From: Polyangiaceae bacterium
Lineage (GTDB): Bacteria; Myxococcota_A; Polyangia; Polyangiales; Polyangiaceae
Assembly (NCBI GenBank): GCA_965222375.1
Contig: CBDCTZ010000013.1
Location: forward strand, 32,001 to 96,000
Length of the DNA stretch: 64,000 bases
Reading direction: 5' to 3'
Part shown: positions 31,424 through 40,218 of the stretch, in pieces
Layout of the letters: each line of letters opens with the position of its first letter
How positions within the stretch are numbered: the first letter of the stretch is position 1
Notes under the pieces: generated by a model
What the model saw: the letters and a program-made list of their open reading frames with translations, nothing else
The model's database searches: none
What the model was told of the DNA's origin: nothing
Made by a program: the position numbers and the translations under genes

Positions 31424-32506
31424 TCACGCAGAGATGCGACCGCCGCGGCGTGCGCTTTCCTTCGTGGACGGCGCGGGGCGCGCGCTGCGACGGGTGTCGG
31501 CGATGGCGCTCAAGATCTCCTGGATAACGGTCACGCCAATCAGCGCAGTGAGGTTGTGGTGGTCGTAGGGCGGGCAGATCTCCACGACATCAAAGCCGAT
31601 GATTTCCGCACCCACCAGCGCGCGCAGCATTTGCTGCAGCTCCCAGGTATTCATGCCACCGGGCAAGGGGATCCCGGTACCGGGGGCGAAGGCGGGGTCC
31701 AGGGCCGCAACGTCCACGCTGACGTAGAGGGGCCCGTGCCGGACGAGCTTCCGGACCTGGCTCACCGCGGCGTGCAGGTCCCACTTCACCTCATCCACGT
31801 TCACGATCTCGAATCCGTGCGACAGAGAGAACGCGAGGTCGCCCGAACTCGAAAACGGACCTCGCACGCCCAACTGCAACGTCCAGTCCGGCCGGATCAA
31901 GCCTTCCTCGGTTGCGAGCCGCACGACGCTGCCGTGATGGGCGTCCTGCCCCCACGCCGCAGGCGCGGTGTTCGGGTGCGCGTCGATGTGCAGAAACGAC
32001 ACCGGCCGGAGCTTGGCCCGATGAATGCCGCGCAGCGCCCCCAGAGTCACGGTCTGGTCGCCGCCGATGAAGCCACCGACGACGCCCGAACGCGCGATGG
32101 CGCTAGCGCGCTCTTCGACGATCTTCAAAGCGCCGTCCACGTTCGCGGGCGGCACCGCCAGATCCGCGCCGTCCGCAACGGCGAGTTCTTCGTAGATGTC
32201 GATGCCGAGCGCCGTCGAAAACCCTCGCGCGAGTGACGACGCTTCCCGCACCGCGCGCGGCGCGAGCCTCGCGCCCGGGCGGTAGCTGGTTCCCCCATCG
32301 AAGGGCACGCCCGTCAGCAGCACGTCGACGTCTGGCACCTCGCCGAGGCTGCGCACGACGGGCAGCCGCAAGAACGTCGGCACACCTGCGTAGCGCGGCA
32401 GCTCGCCGGTGGGCGTGGGGCGGTAGCTGGGCCGCTCTTTGACGACCCGGGGGCGGGCGGCCGACGCTCTCGCCTTCTTCTTCGGTCGTTTCCCCCGGGC
32501 AGTCAC
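31424..32506 (-). CDS. speB: Agmatinase/ureohydrolase
   Basis: GVPFDGGTSYRPGAR, DAH, DPAFAPGTG, DVVE..P.YD; some metal ligands deviate (GGDQ, DAHPN, DVA). Confidence 0.75.
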   Translation of the reverse strand: MTARGKRPKKKARASAARPRVVKERPSYRPTPTGELPRYAGVPTFLRLPVVRSLGEVPDVDVLLTGVPFDGGTSYRPGARLAPRAVREASSLARGFSTALGIDIYEELAVADGADLAVPPANVDGALKIVEERASAIARSGVVGGFIGGDQTVTLGALRGIHRAKLRPVSFLHIDAHPNTAPAAWGQDAHHGSVVRLATEEGLIRPDWTLQLGVRGPFSSSGDLAFSLSHGFEIVNVDEVKWDLHAAVSQVRKLVRHGPLYVSVDVAALDPAFAPGTGIPLPGGMNTWELQQMLRALVGAEIIGFDVVEICPPYDHHNLTALIGVTVIQEILSAIADTRRSARPAPSTKESARRGGRISA

Positions 32507-32513
32507 CCGTGCA

Positions 32514-33458
32514 TCATAGCTCGCCGTCGCTGCATGCGGAATAGCGCACTCGAACTCCGGCTCGCGGGGACTGGCGGAAAGTGCCGGGCAATATCGGTGG
32601 ATTGTGGGTCGCTTCCTTGACCCGCAGGATCAAATCCTGATCCGTGTCGGGCACTTCCAAGCGCATTCGCCGCGGAACTTCGGCCTGACACGCCGGTCCG
32701 CTGGGTGGCACGCCGGGGCCCAGGCCATCGGGATCTTCCCAACCCTTCGAGCTCTGCGCCGGCTCGTGATCAGCAAGCTCCGCCCGATACAGGTCGATGC
32801 CTTGCTGGGTCACGCTCACTTCGAGCACGCGAACGAGCTGTTGATTCCAGGGCTTGAGCCAATCCTGGTCGCGTGGCTCCAGATGGATCTCCTGCGTTGC
32901 CTGGTGCTTGCTCTGGATGCGCACCACGTAACGCCCGGACTCCCAGACGATCTTCGCTTGCTGTGGCGTGTGCACCAGCACCGGCGCCTCGCCCCTCAGC
33001 ATTTGCGCTAGGGCATGGGGCGGCACAGGAACCCGGGTGAAGCGCGCGACGTTGCAGGTATTGGCAGGCCCCGAGAAGAAGGTCTTCTGCTGCAAGTCGT
33101 AGAGCGCGAAGCTCTCGCCATCACTGGTCAACGTGGAGATGGTCACTCCAAAGGGGCTGAAGACATCGAAGCGCAGGTCATCGACCAGCATCGACTTGTA
33201 CAGAACGTTGCCACGCACCCGTCCCTCGTCGCCAAAGTAGTCGATCTTGGCCTCACCCTGGATGCCGCGACTGCAAGCGTAGCTCTCGTGCATGCGATCG
33301 AGCGCAGCATCCGCCGTAGGAAACTGAGACGGCGGTGGTGGGCGCGTGCAGCCCATGAGCAAGGCAAGGCCAAACGCGCCCTGGCAGAGGCGTGCCGCGC
33401 CCGCGCGGAGGCGGGATCGGCGGGCGACGCCAGCGCGCGGGGCGACGGGATAGGTCAT
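32514..33458 (-). CDS. Lipoprotein, DUF4292/LolB-like
   Basis: Lipobox LMGC; LRFDVFSPFG..TLTSDG..F.LYD. Confidence 0.5.
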   Translation of the reverse strand: MTYPVAPRAGVARRSRLRAGAARLCQGAFGLALLMGCTRPPPPSQFPTADAALDRMHESYACSRGIQGEAKIDYFGDEGRVRGNVLYKSMLVDDLRFDVFSPFGVTISTLTSDGESFALYDLQQKTFFSGPANTCNVARFTRVPVPPHALAQMLRGEAPVLVHTPQQAKIVWESGRYVVRIQSKHQATQEIHLEPRDQDWLKPWNQQLVRVLEVSVTQQGIDLYRAELADHEPAQSSKGWEDPDGLGPGVPPSGPACQAEVPRRMRLEVPDTDQDLILRVKEATHNPPILPGTFRQSPRAGVRVRYSACSDGEL

Positions 33459-35023
33459 CCGGACCTGAGCGCGTCGAACAGCTCGAGATCCGGCACGCCC
33501 AGGCGGACCACGTGGTTGGTCACGCCCACACCGTGGCTTTCACACCACTTCGCGAGGGTGCCGCCGTCAACCAGAGTGACCGGCGCGGCCCCCGACGCTT
33601 GCGCTTCTTCCCGCGCGCCGCTCAGAGCCTGGCCCGTGGTGATCAGCATTCCCGCTGCCGCCGGACCGTAGTGATGCAAGGCGCCTCGCAGCTCCAGTAC
33701 ACGCTCACGGCCGATTTCGCGCCCATCCCGTCGCACCACGATGGCCGTCGGCACGCCAGCACCTGCGCCGACCGTCACGCCGGATAGGTGCAGCTCCGAC
33801 GCGGGTACGCCAGTGCGCTTGATTGCGGAAAGCCCGGAGATCCCGATGCGCTCCAAGAGCGTGATGATGAGCTCCGAAAGCGCTCGCTGAGGCAAATCGG
33901 AGATCTTGCGAGCAAGAAGCTTGCGGGAGGCCTCTCGATGCCGCACCACCAGTTGTTCCAGATCCTTTTCGATGCGGAGCAACTCCCCGTCCATGGCCCA
34001 TTCAGTCAGGCCTACTCGCTGCCCGGAGATCCGGAAGCGAAGCCGACGGCTTTCCGCGCCCCGACGGAGGTTGTCCGCCCGGGCCGCAGCCAGCATCGCG
34101 GCCGCGAGAAAGGACGCCTCGGAGCCTCGGCCCTTGCGGCACGCGGCTTCGGCGAGACGCTGAGTACTGGTCGTACCGTTGTTGCGATCTTGACCCGAAA
34201 GCAGGCGTTCCAACGCGTCAGCCAGGGGCTTGCCGGTGAGATCCTCCAGTGGCCCGGTATCATCTCGCAGCGCGTCGAGCTTGGCGTCGACGTTGTCCTC
34301 AAAGGCAGCGTCCGACACCGTGTAGCCCGGCATGCCACCGTCCGCCCTGTCCTCGGTCCGATCCTTGTCTCGGCCCCGACGACGACGTCGACGACGACCC
34401 CGGCGAGCGCCACCTTCGCGATCGCCATCCTCATCGCCGTCGTCAGCGCTGTCCGCGCGGGCAGGCGGCGCTTGAAGAATCGGCACGTCGTCGTCTTCTT
34501 CGGCTTCGAACAGGTCCGCGGCGGACGCCGCAATCGCAGCGCGCTCTCGCTCCGCTTCGTCGACCACCCGTTCTTCATCGCCATCGGCGAAATCGACAAC
34601 CTCACCGCCACTGGATGAAGCCTGGGGCTCCGATGCAGCTGGCGCAGATCCTATGGGTGCAGATGCGAGGGGCGCGGACGCAATTTCGACACTCGACCCG
34701 TTGGCTCCCTCCCCTGCCGCAGCTTCAGTCTCTGCAGCGCGGCTGGCGAGCTCGATGGCCGGGGTCCGGTCCTTCAGCCCCTTGTCGATCGTCTTTTTAT
34801 CCCACTCGCGGAGAGCGAATACGCCGGGCTTGACCCGAACCAGAGGGTTATCCTTGTCTGCCTTCTTCACCAGTGCCGCAAGGCGAGCACCCATGGTGAC
34901 CTCGGGACTTTTCCCGACATGTGACAGCAAGTTCCTCTCGATCGCTACGTCCGTGATCTCCTTATAGTGTAGGGGTTTCCCTACGAGGCGCAGGACCTGC
35001 GCCGCAGCTTCTGTGAACGTCAT
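33455..35023 (-). CDS. HARE-HTH + acidic linker + Mrr-like restriction-endonuclease-fold protein
   Basis: MTFTEAA..VL...GKPLHYKEIT..AI..GK.PE.TMGARL; C-terminal LLER.G...ELRGAL...GMLITTG...LVDG. Confidence 0.75.
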   Translation of the reverse strand: MTFTEAAAQVLRLVGKPLHYKEITDVAIERNLLSHVGKSPEVTMGARLAALVKKADKDNPLVRVKPGVFALREWDKKTIDKGLKDRTPAIELASRAAETEAAAGEGANGSSVEIASAPLASAPIGSAPAASEPQASSSGGEVVDFADGDEERVVDEAERERAAIAASAADLFEAEEDDDVPILQAPPARADSADDGDEDGDREGGARRGRRRRRRRGRDKDRTEDRADGGMPGYTVSDAAFEDNVDAKLDALRDDTGPLEDLTGKPLADALERLLSGQDRNNGTTSTQRLAEAACRKGRGSEASFLAAAMLAAARADNLRRGAESRRLRFRISGQRVGLTEWAMDGELLRIEKDLEQLVVRHREASRKLLARKISDLPQRALSELIITLLERIGISGLSAIKRTGVPASELHLSGVTVGAGAGVPTAIVVRRDGREIGRERVLELRGALHHYGPAAAGMLITTGQALSGAREEAQASGAAPVTLVDGGTLAKWCESHGVGVTNHVVRLGVPDLELFDALRSG

Positions 35024-35184
35024 GAATCATCATCTTCCTGTTTTCCGACAACCCTGTGTTGTCTCTGCCGGGCCAACATCCGCGCCGGGGAAGCTTCGCT
35101 CCCGCCGCCGGCCGGACGCCCGGGCGACGAGGAAATACCATGACCCTGCGCGGCCAGGAAGAATTCTCGCGACAAGTTGTCGCT

Positions 35185-35742
35185 TCAGGCGTTCTTTAAG
35201 GTGTTTTCTGCAGCTGCGACGTAGGCCTCGAGGGTCTGGTCGTCGAATAGGATGAATTGGCACAGGGTCGGTCCGTGCTCGCTGAGGGAGCGGCGCACCG
35301 CCTCCAGAGCGATGGGTGCGGCTTCGCTCACGGGGTAGCCGTACACGCCAGTACTGATGGATGGGAACGCGACAGATTCGATGCCTTCGTCGCGACAGAG
35401 TTGCAGCGCGGAGCGGTAACAACCCGCGAGAAGTTCAGACGCCCGCTCGCCTTCTTGCTTGTAGATCGGTCCCACGCAGTGAATGACCCACTTCGACGGC
35501 AGCTCGAAACCTTCGGTCAGCACGGCCCGACCCGTCTCGAGCACACCACCGGGCAGCGTGCGTTTGATTTCTCGCAGAGCGCCCAAGAGCTCCGGCCCCG
35601 CTGCGCGATGAATTGCACCGTCCACGCCACCGCCTCCCATGAGTAACGAGTTCGCAGCGTTTGCAATCGCCGCCGTCTCGGCGCGGGTGATGTCGCCAAC
35701 GACGAACTCGACGCGCGCGCGACCTAGCGGGTAGTGGTGCAT
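35185..35742 (-). CDS. Macro-domain ADP-ribose hydrolase (YmdB-like)
   Basis: GDIT, NAANSLLMGGGGVDGAIH, IHCVGP, FPSISTGVYGYP. Confidence 0.92.
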   Translation of the reverse strand: MHHYPLGRARVEFVVGDITRAETAAIANAANSLLMGGGGVDGAIHRAAGPELLGALREIKRTLPGGVLETGRAVLTEGFELPSKWVIHCVGPIYKQEGERASELLAGCYRSALQLCRDEGIESVAFPSISTGVYGYPVSEAAPIALEAVRRSLSEHGPTLCQFILFDDQTLEAYVAAAENTLKNA

Positions 35743-35855
35743 TGCGGCGGCAGCCTAGCCCGACGCTTTGACTCAGGGGTAGCTGCCTTTCGTAATGCCT
35801 CGTATTGCTGAGGGAAATTGAGTCACGGGCGTCGACGCCCCGGGCGCGCTAGAAT

Positions 35856-36248
35856 TTGGTCCAGGTGGTGGACCCAAGGGCGCTTGTCGACGAGCTCGCG
35901 AAGCTCGCTCGCAACCTCGGCATCGAGGTGCGCGTGGTCGCGATGCGTCTGCCCACTCGGGGTGCTGGCGGCCTGTGCCGCGTGAAGGGCAAGTCGATGA
36001 TCCTGCTGGATCAGAAGCAGCCCGCCATCGATCGCGCTGGCACCCTCGCCGAGTGCATCGTCGCGAGCGGCCTGACTTGGGATAGCTCCGCCCTCGACGA
36101 GACGGTCGCGGCAGTGCTCGAAAACGCACACGCGCGCTCCGAGCGACTCGCCGTCGGCGCGCCGGCTCCACGCACCGACGGCATCCGCGCGCTGCTGCGT
36201 CCCAAACCCGGGCTTCGCCGGGCGAAAGCGCGCCAGCGCACCACCTGA
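35856..36248 (+). CDS. Hypothetical protein
   Basis: Fills the gap before murB; LGIEVR..GGLCRVKG. Confidence 0.5.
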   Translation: MVQVVDPRALVDELAKLARNLGIEVRVVAMRLPTRGAGGLCRVKGKSMILLDQKQPAIDRAGTLAECIVASGLTWDSSALDETVAAVLENAHARSERLAVGAPAPRTDGIRALLRPKPGLRRAKARQRTT

Positions 36249-36327
36249 AGTTCAGAGACGACGGACTTCCAGGCAGCGTGCCCCAAGAACACGCTCCGAC
36301 TACGAATTTCTGCAGCGTGGGCTTCGC

Positions 36328-37440
36328 GTGCTAAGCGTGGGGCCGGTGGAATACGACAGCCACGTCCCCTTGGCACCCAAGACGACGCTCGGTGTCGGTG
36401 GCAACGCAGAGCAATTCTTGCTCGCCGCCAGCGTCCAGAGCGTCACGGACGCGGTTAGTCGCGCCGATGCGCGCGGCATGCCGGTACACGTTCTGGGCGG
36501 CGGTAGCAACGTCGTGGTCAGCGATGAAGGCGTTCCCGGACTCGTTGTCGAGATAGGCACGCAGGGAATCGAATGGGTGGCCCAAGGGCAGCACGTTTTG
36601 GCAAACGTGCAGGCGGGCGAGAATTGGGATGGCTTCGCGCGAATCGCCGTGGAAAAGAATCTCGCGGGGGTGGAGTGTTTGAGCGGGATCCCCGGGCGAG
36701 TGGGCGCAACTCCGATCCAGAACGTCGGCGCCTATGGCCAGGATGTGTCCGAAACCATCGAAAACGTCCGCTGCTGGGACCGCCGGGAAAGCGAAGTCGT
36801 GGATCTCAGTCGCCGCGAGTGTGAGTTCGCCTACCGCGCCAGTCGCTTCAAGACTCGAGAGCCCAACCGCTACGTCGTGCTTTCCGTGACGTTTCGCCTA
36901 GCGCGCGGCGGCGCCCCAGGCCTTCGCTACGCGGAATTGCAGCGCGCCCTCGGTGAAGCCTCTACGTCGGCGACGCTTCAGCAGGTGCGCGACGCGGTAC
37001 TCGGGTTGCGACGCGGCAAGAGCATGGTCGTCGATCCCGACGACCCTCTCAGCCGAAGCTGCGGTTCCTTCTTCGTCAACCCGGTGGTGTCAGAAGCGAA
37101 GGCCGAGTCCATTGCTGCGGGGGCCACGGACGCCGACGGCATGCCTCGCTATCCCCAGGCCGATGGCAGCGTCAAGTTGAGCGCGGGTTGGTTGATCGAG
37201 CGCGCGGGCTTTGCACGGGGCACCCAACTCGGCGCAGCGCAGGTCTCGGACAAACACGCCTTGGCCCTCGTCGCAGGAGCTGGCGCAACGACTCACGACG
37301 TCCTCGCGCTAGCTGTCAAAGTGCGCGACGCCGTGCAAGCGCGCTTCGACATCCAGTTGGTTGCAGAACCCGTGATGTGGGGTTTTTCCGAACTTCGCGG
37401 CGGCTTGCCGCAGTCTCAGGGCGATCCGACGCAGCCGTAG
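36328..37440 (+). CDS. murB: UDP-N-acetylenolpyruvoylglucosamine reductase
   Basis: LGGGSN, GIPG.VGATPIQNVGAYG, GSFFVNP, KLSAGWLIE. Confidence 0.95.
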   Translation: MLSVGPVEYDSHVPLAPKTTLGVGGNAEQFLLAASVQSVTDAVSRADARGMPVHVLGGGSNVVVSDEGVPGLVVEIGTQGIEWVAQGQHVLANVQAGENWDGFARIAVEKNLAGVECLSGIPGRVGATPIQNVGAYGQDVSETIENVRCWDRRESEVVDLSRRECEFAYRASRFKTREPNRYVVLSVTFRLARGGAPGLRYAELQRALGEASTSATLQQVRDAVLGLRRGKSMVVDPDDPLSRSCGSFFVNPVVSEAKAESIAAGATDADGMPRYPQADGSVKLSAGWLIERAGFARGTQLGAAQVSDKHALALVAGAGATTHDVLALAVKVRDAVQARFDIQLVAEPVMWGFSELRGGLPQSQGDPTQP

Positions 37441-40094
37441 ACGGCGTCAATGGCTTCGTCCAGTTTGCCGACCTCGGTCCCGCCGGCCTGCGCCATGTCC
37501 GGCCGCCCGCCGCCGGAGCCCCCAACGATGGTCGCGATGGGCCGGATCAGATCCCCAGCCTTGAAGCGACCCGTGATGCCCTTGGACACCGTGAGCACGA
37601 GCTGCGCCTTACCTTCGGCCTCCGATCCCACCAGGACGACGCTGTCGCCCAGCTTGTCCCGGAGCTTTTCTGCCAATTCACGCAGTGCGCCGCGATCCGT
37701 CACCTCGGTGCGAATGCCCAGCACCTTGACGCCAGACACATCGCGAGCCTGGCCCACCATCGTGTCCAGGCCAGAGCCACCGCCACCGCTGAGCAGCCTG
37801 CGTTGCATCTCCTCGAGCTTCTTCGCAGTAGCCCGCTCTTCGGCCACGAGCTTCTCAATCTTGTCGACCAGCTGCGCCGGCGTCGCTTTGGCCGCTTGGG
37901 CCGCCGCTGCGAGTTGCCCCTCGAGGCTCCGCACGTAGTTCAGAGCCCCCTCACCGGTCACTGCCACGATGCGGCGCACGCCCGCCGCGATCCCACCCTC
38001 ACTCACGATCTTGAACAAGCCGATGTCGCCCGTCGCACGGGCGTGGGTTCCGCCGCACAGCTCCACGGACTCCGCCATGGTGAGCAGACGCACGGTGTCG
38101 CCGTACTTCTCTTCGAAGATCATCATTGCGCCGCGCTTGCGCGCCTGCTCCATGCTGAGCACCTCGGTCTGCACTGGCGTATTCAGGAGCACTCGAGCAT
38201 TCACCAGCTGCTCAATCTTCGCGACCTCATCCGCACTGAGCGCGCTGGTATGAGTGAAGTCAAAGCGCAGCCGCTCAGGCCCGACCAATGAGCCCTTTTG
38301 CTGGGCGTGCTTGCCGATCACTTCGCGCAAAGCCCAATGCAACAGATGGGTGACCGAGTGGTTCTTGCGAATGGCCTCACGCCGCTGCACGTCAATTTCG
38401 AGGGTCGCGGTCTGCCCGATCTTGACGCTGCCGCCTTCGACGCTGCCTCGGTGCACCGTGAGCCCGGGCAGAGGCTTGGCGGTATCCACTACGCGAACGG
38501 AGCCTTCGGGGAGCTTGATGACACCCTCGTCACCGACCTGGCCACCCGCTTCGCCATAGAACGGCGTGCGCTCAGTCACGATCTCCACGTTCGCCCCTGG
38601 CGCGGCACTCTCGACCAGCTTGCCCTCTGAAACGATGGCAACGACCTTGCTCTCGTCGGTCTCGCGCTCGTAACCCGTGAAGGGCACGTTTTGTCCGGGC
38701 ACCAGCTGCAGGGCTTCGCGATACACGCCCTCGACGGCTACCTCCATGCCCTTGAACTCACTGCGCTTTCGCGCCTCGGCCAGAGCCTCTTTGTACCCAG
38801 CCTCATCGACGGAAAAGCCGCGCTCGCGACAGATCACCTCGGTGAGGTCCAGAGGAAAGCCGTAAGTGTCGTAGAGCTGGAAGGCATCGCGGCCGTCCAG
38901 GGTCGTCTTGCTCGCGCTCTGCATGGCCGAGAAGCGCTCCTCGAGTAGATGTAGCCCCCGCTCGATGGTTTGACGGAAGCCGATCTCCTCGGCCTCCGCC
39001 ACGCTTCGGATCGAGTCTCGATGCTCGACGAGGTCCGGGTAGTGCTCACCCATGACGTCGACGACTCGATTGGCAACGTCGTGCAAGAAGGGCCGGTCGA
39101 TGCCCAAGCGGTGCCCATGCCGGATCGCGCGCCGCATCACTCGCCGAAGCACGTACTCCCGCCGGGTGCGATCCGGCAGCACACCTTCGGCGATCAGAAA
39201 CGCCGTCGTGCGCGCATGATCCGCAATCACCCGCATGCTGACATCGTCCGGCGCCATGCTGGCGCCATAGGTCTTGCCGGAGGCCTCTTCCGCGACGGAC
39301 ACGAGCTCCCGAAGTAGGTCCACGTCGTAGTTGCTCGTCTTGTCCTGCACGATACAGGACAGGCGCTCGAGACCCGCGCCGGTATCAATGCTCGGCGCCG
39401 GCAGATCCGTCATGCGCGCCTTGCCATCGACGAGACTGCGATCGAATTGCATGAAGACCAAGTTCCAGACCTCCATCCAGCCGTGACCTTCAGCGGTCTG
39501 TTCTTGTCCGAACTTGCTGAGATCGACCTCCGGGCCAACGCAGTAGTGCAGCTCGCTGCAGGGTCCGCAGGGTCCGGTGTCGCCCATCTGCCAGAAGTTG
39601 TCCGCCATGCCCAGGCCCAAGATGCGGTCGTCACCAAAGCCCGTGACCTTCTTCCAGAGATCTCGCGCGACTTCGTCCGCGGGCACTTCGTCCTGCCCCT
39701 TGAAGTACGTGAAGATGAATCGCTTCGGATCTAGACCAAGCTCTTTGATCAAGAAATCCCAGGCGTAGACGATAGCCTCTTCTTTGAAGTAGTCGCCGAA
39801 GCTGAAGTTCCCCAGCATCTCGAAGAAGGTATGATGCCGCGGCGACGGGCCAACGTTCTCGAGATCGTTGTGTTTGCCACTGATGCGAATGCACTTCTGG
39901 CTCGAGGTCGCCCGGCTGTAGCCACGCTTCTCGCGACCCGTGAACACATCCTTGAACTGCACCATGCCCGCATTGGCGAACATCAGACTCGGGTCGTTCG
40001 GCGGGATGAGCGCGCCGCTGGCGACGAGTTCGTGCTCCCGCTGACGAAAAAACTCGAGGAACGCTCGACGCAATTCTGTGGCTGTTCGGCTCAT
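37416..40094 (-). CDS. alaS: Alanine--tRNA ligase
   Basis: NAGMVQFK, HHTFFEMLGNFSFGDYFK, ELCGGTH, GGGRPDMAQAGG. Confidence 0.97.
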   Translation of the reverse strand: MSRTATELRRAFLEFFRQREHELVASGALIPPNDPSLMFANAGMVQFKDVFTGREKRGYSRATSSQKCIRISGKHNDLENVGPSPRHHTFFEMLGNFSFGDYFKEEAIVYAWDFLIKELGLDPKRFIFTYFKGQDEVPADEVARDLWKKVTGFGDDRILGLGMADNFWQMGDTGPCGPCSELHYCVGPEVDLSKFGQEQTAEGHGWMEVWNLVFMQFDRSLVDGKARMTDLPAPSIDTGAGLERLSCIVQDKTSNYDVDLLRELVSVAEEASGKTYGASMAPDDVSMRVIADHARTTAFLIAEGVLPDRTRREYVLRRVMRRAIRHGHRLGIDRPFLHDVANRVVDVMGEHYPDLVEHRDSIRSVAEAEEIGFRQTIERGLHLLEERFSAMQSASKTTLDGRDAFQLYDTYGFPLDLTEVICRERGFSVDEAGYKEALAEARKRSEFKGMEVAVEGVYREALQLVPGQNVPFTGYERETDESKVVAIVSEGKLVESAAPGANVEIVTERTPFYGEAGGQVGDEGVIKLPEGSVRVVDTAKPLPGLTVHRGSVEGGSVKIGQTATLEIDVQRREAIRKNHSVTHLLHWALREVIGKHAQQKGSLVGPERLRFDFTHTSALSADEVAKIEQLVNARVLLNTPVQTEVLSMEQARKRGAMMIFEEKYGDTVRLLTMAESVELCGGTHARATGDIGLFKIVSEGGIAAGVRRIVAVTGEGALNYVRSLEGQLAAAAQAAKATPAQLVDKIEKLVAEERATAKKLEEMQRRLLSGGGGSGLDTMVGQARDVSGVKVLGIRTEVTDRGALRELAEKLRDKLGDSVVLVGSEAEGKAQLVLTVSKGITGRFKAGDLIRPIATIVGGSGGGRPDMAQAGGTEVGKLDEAIDAVYGCVGSP

Positions 40095-40218
40095 TTTGCC
40101 GGTGCTTTAGCACGAATCTTCGGCCCGCGGCGACGGGGGAGGCCGCGGTTGCGACGCCCGCTCTTTCTCGCTACAGCGTCAGGTCGGCATCGGCCTGTCG
40201 AGGCCGTAGGACCAAGCC

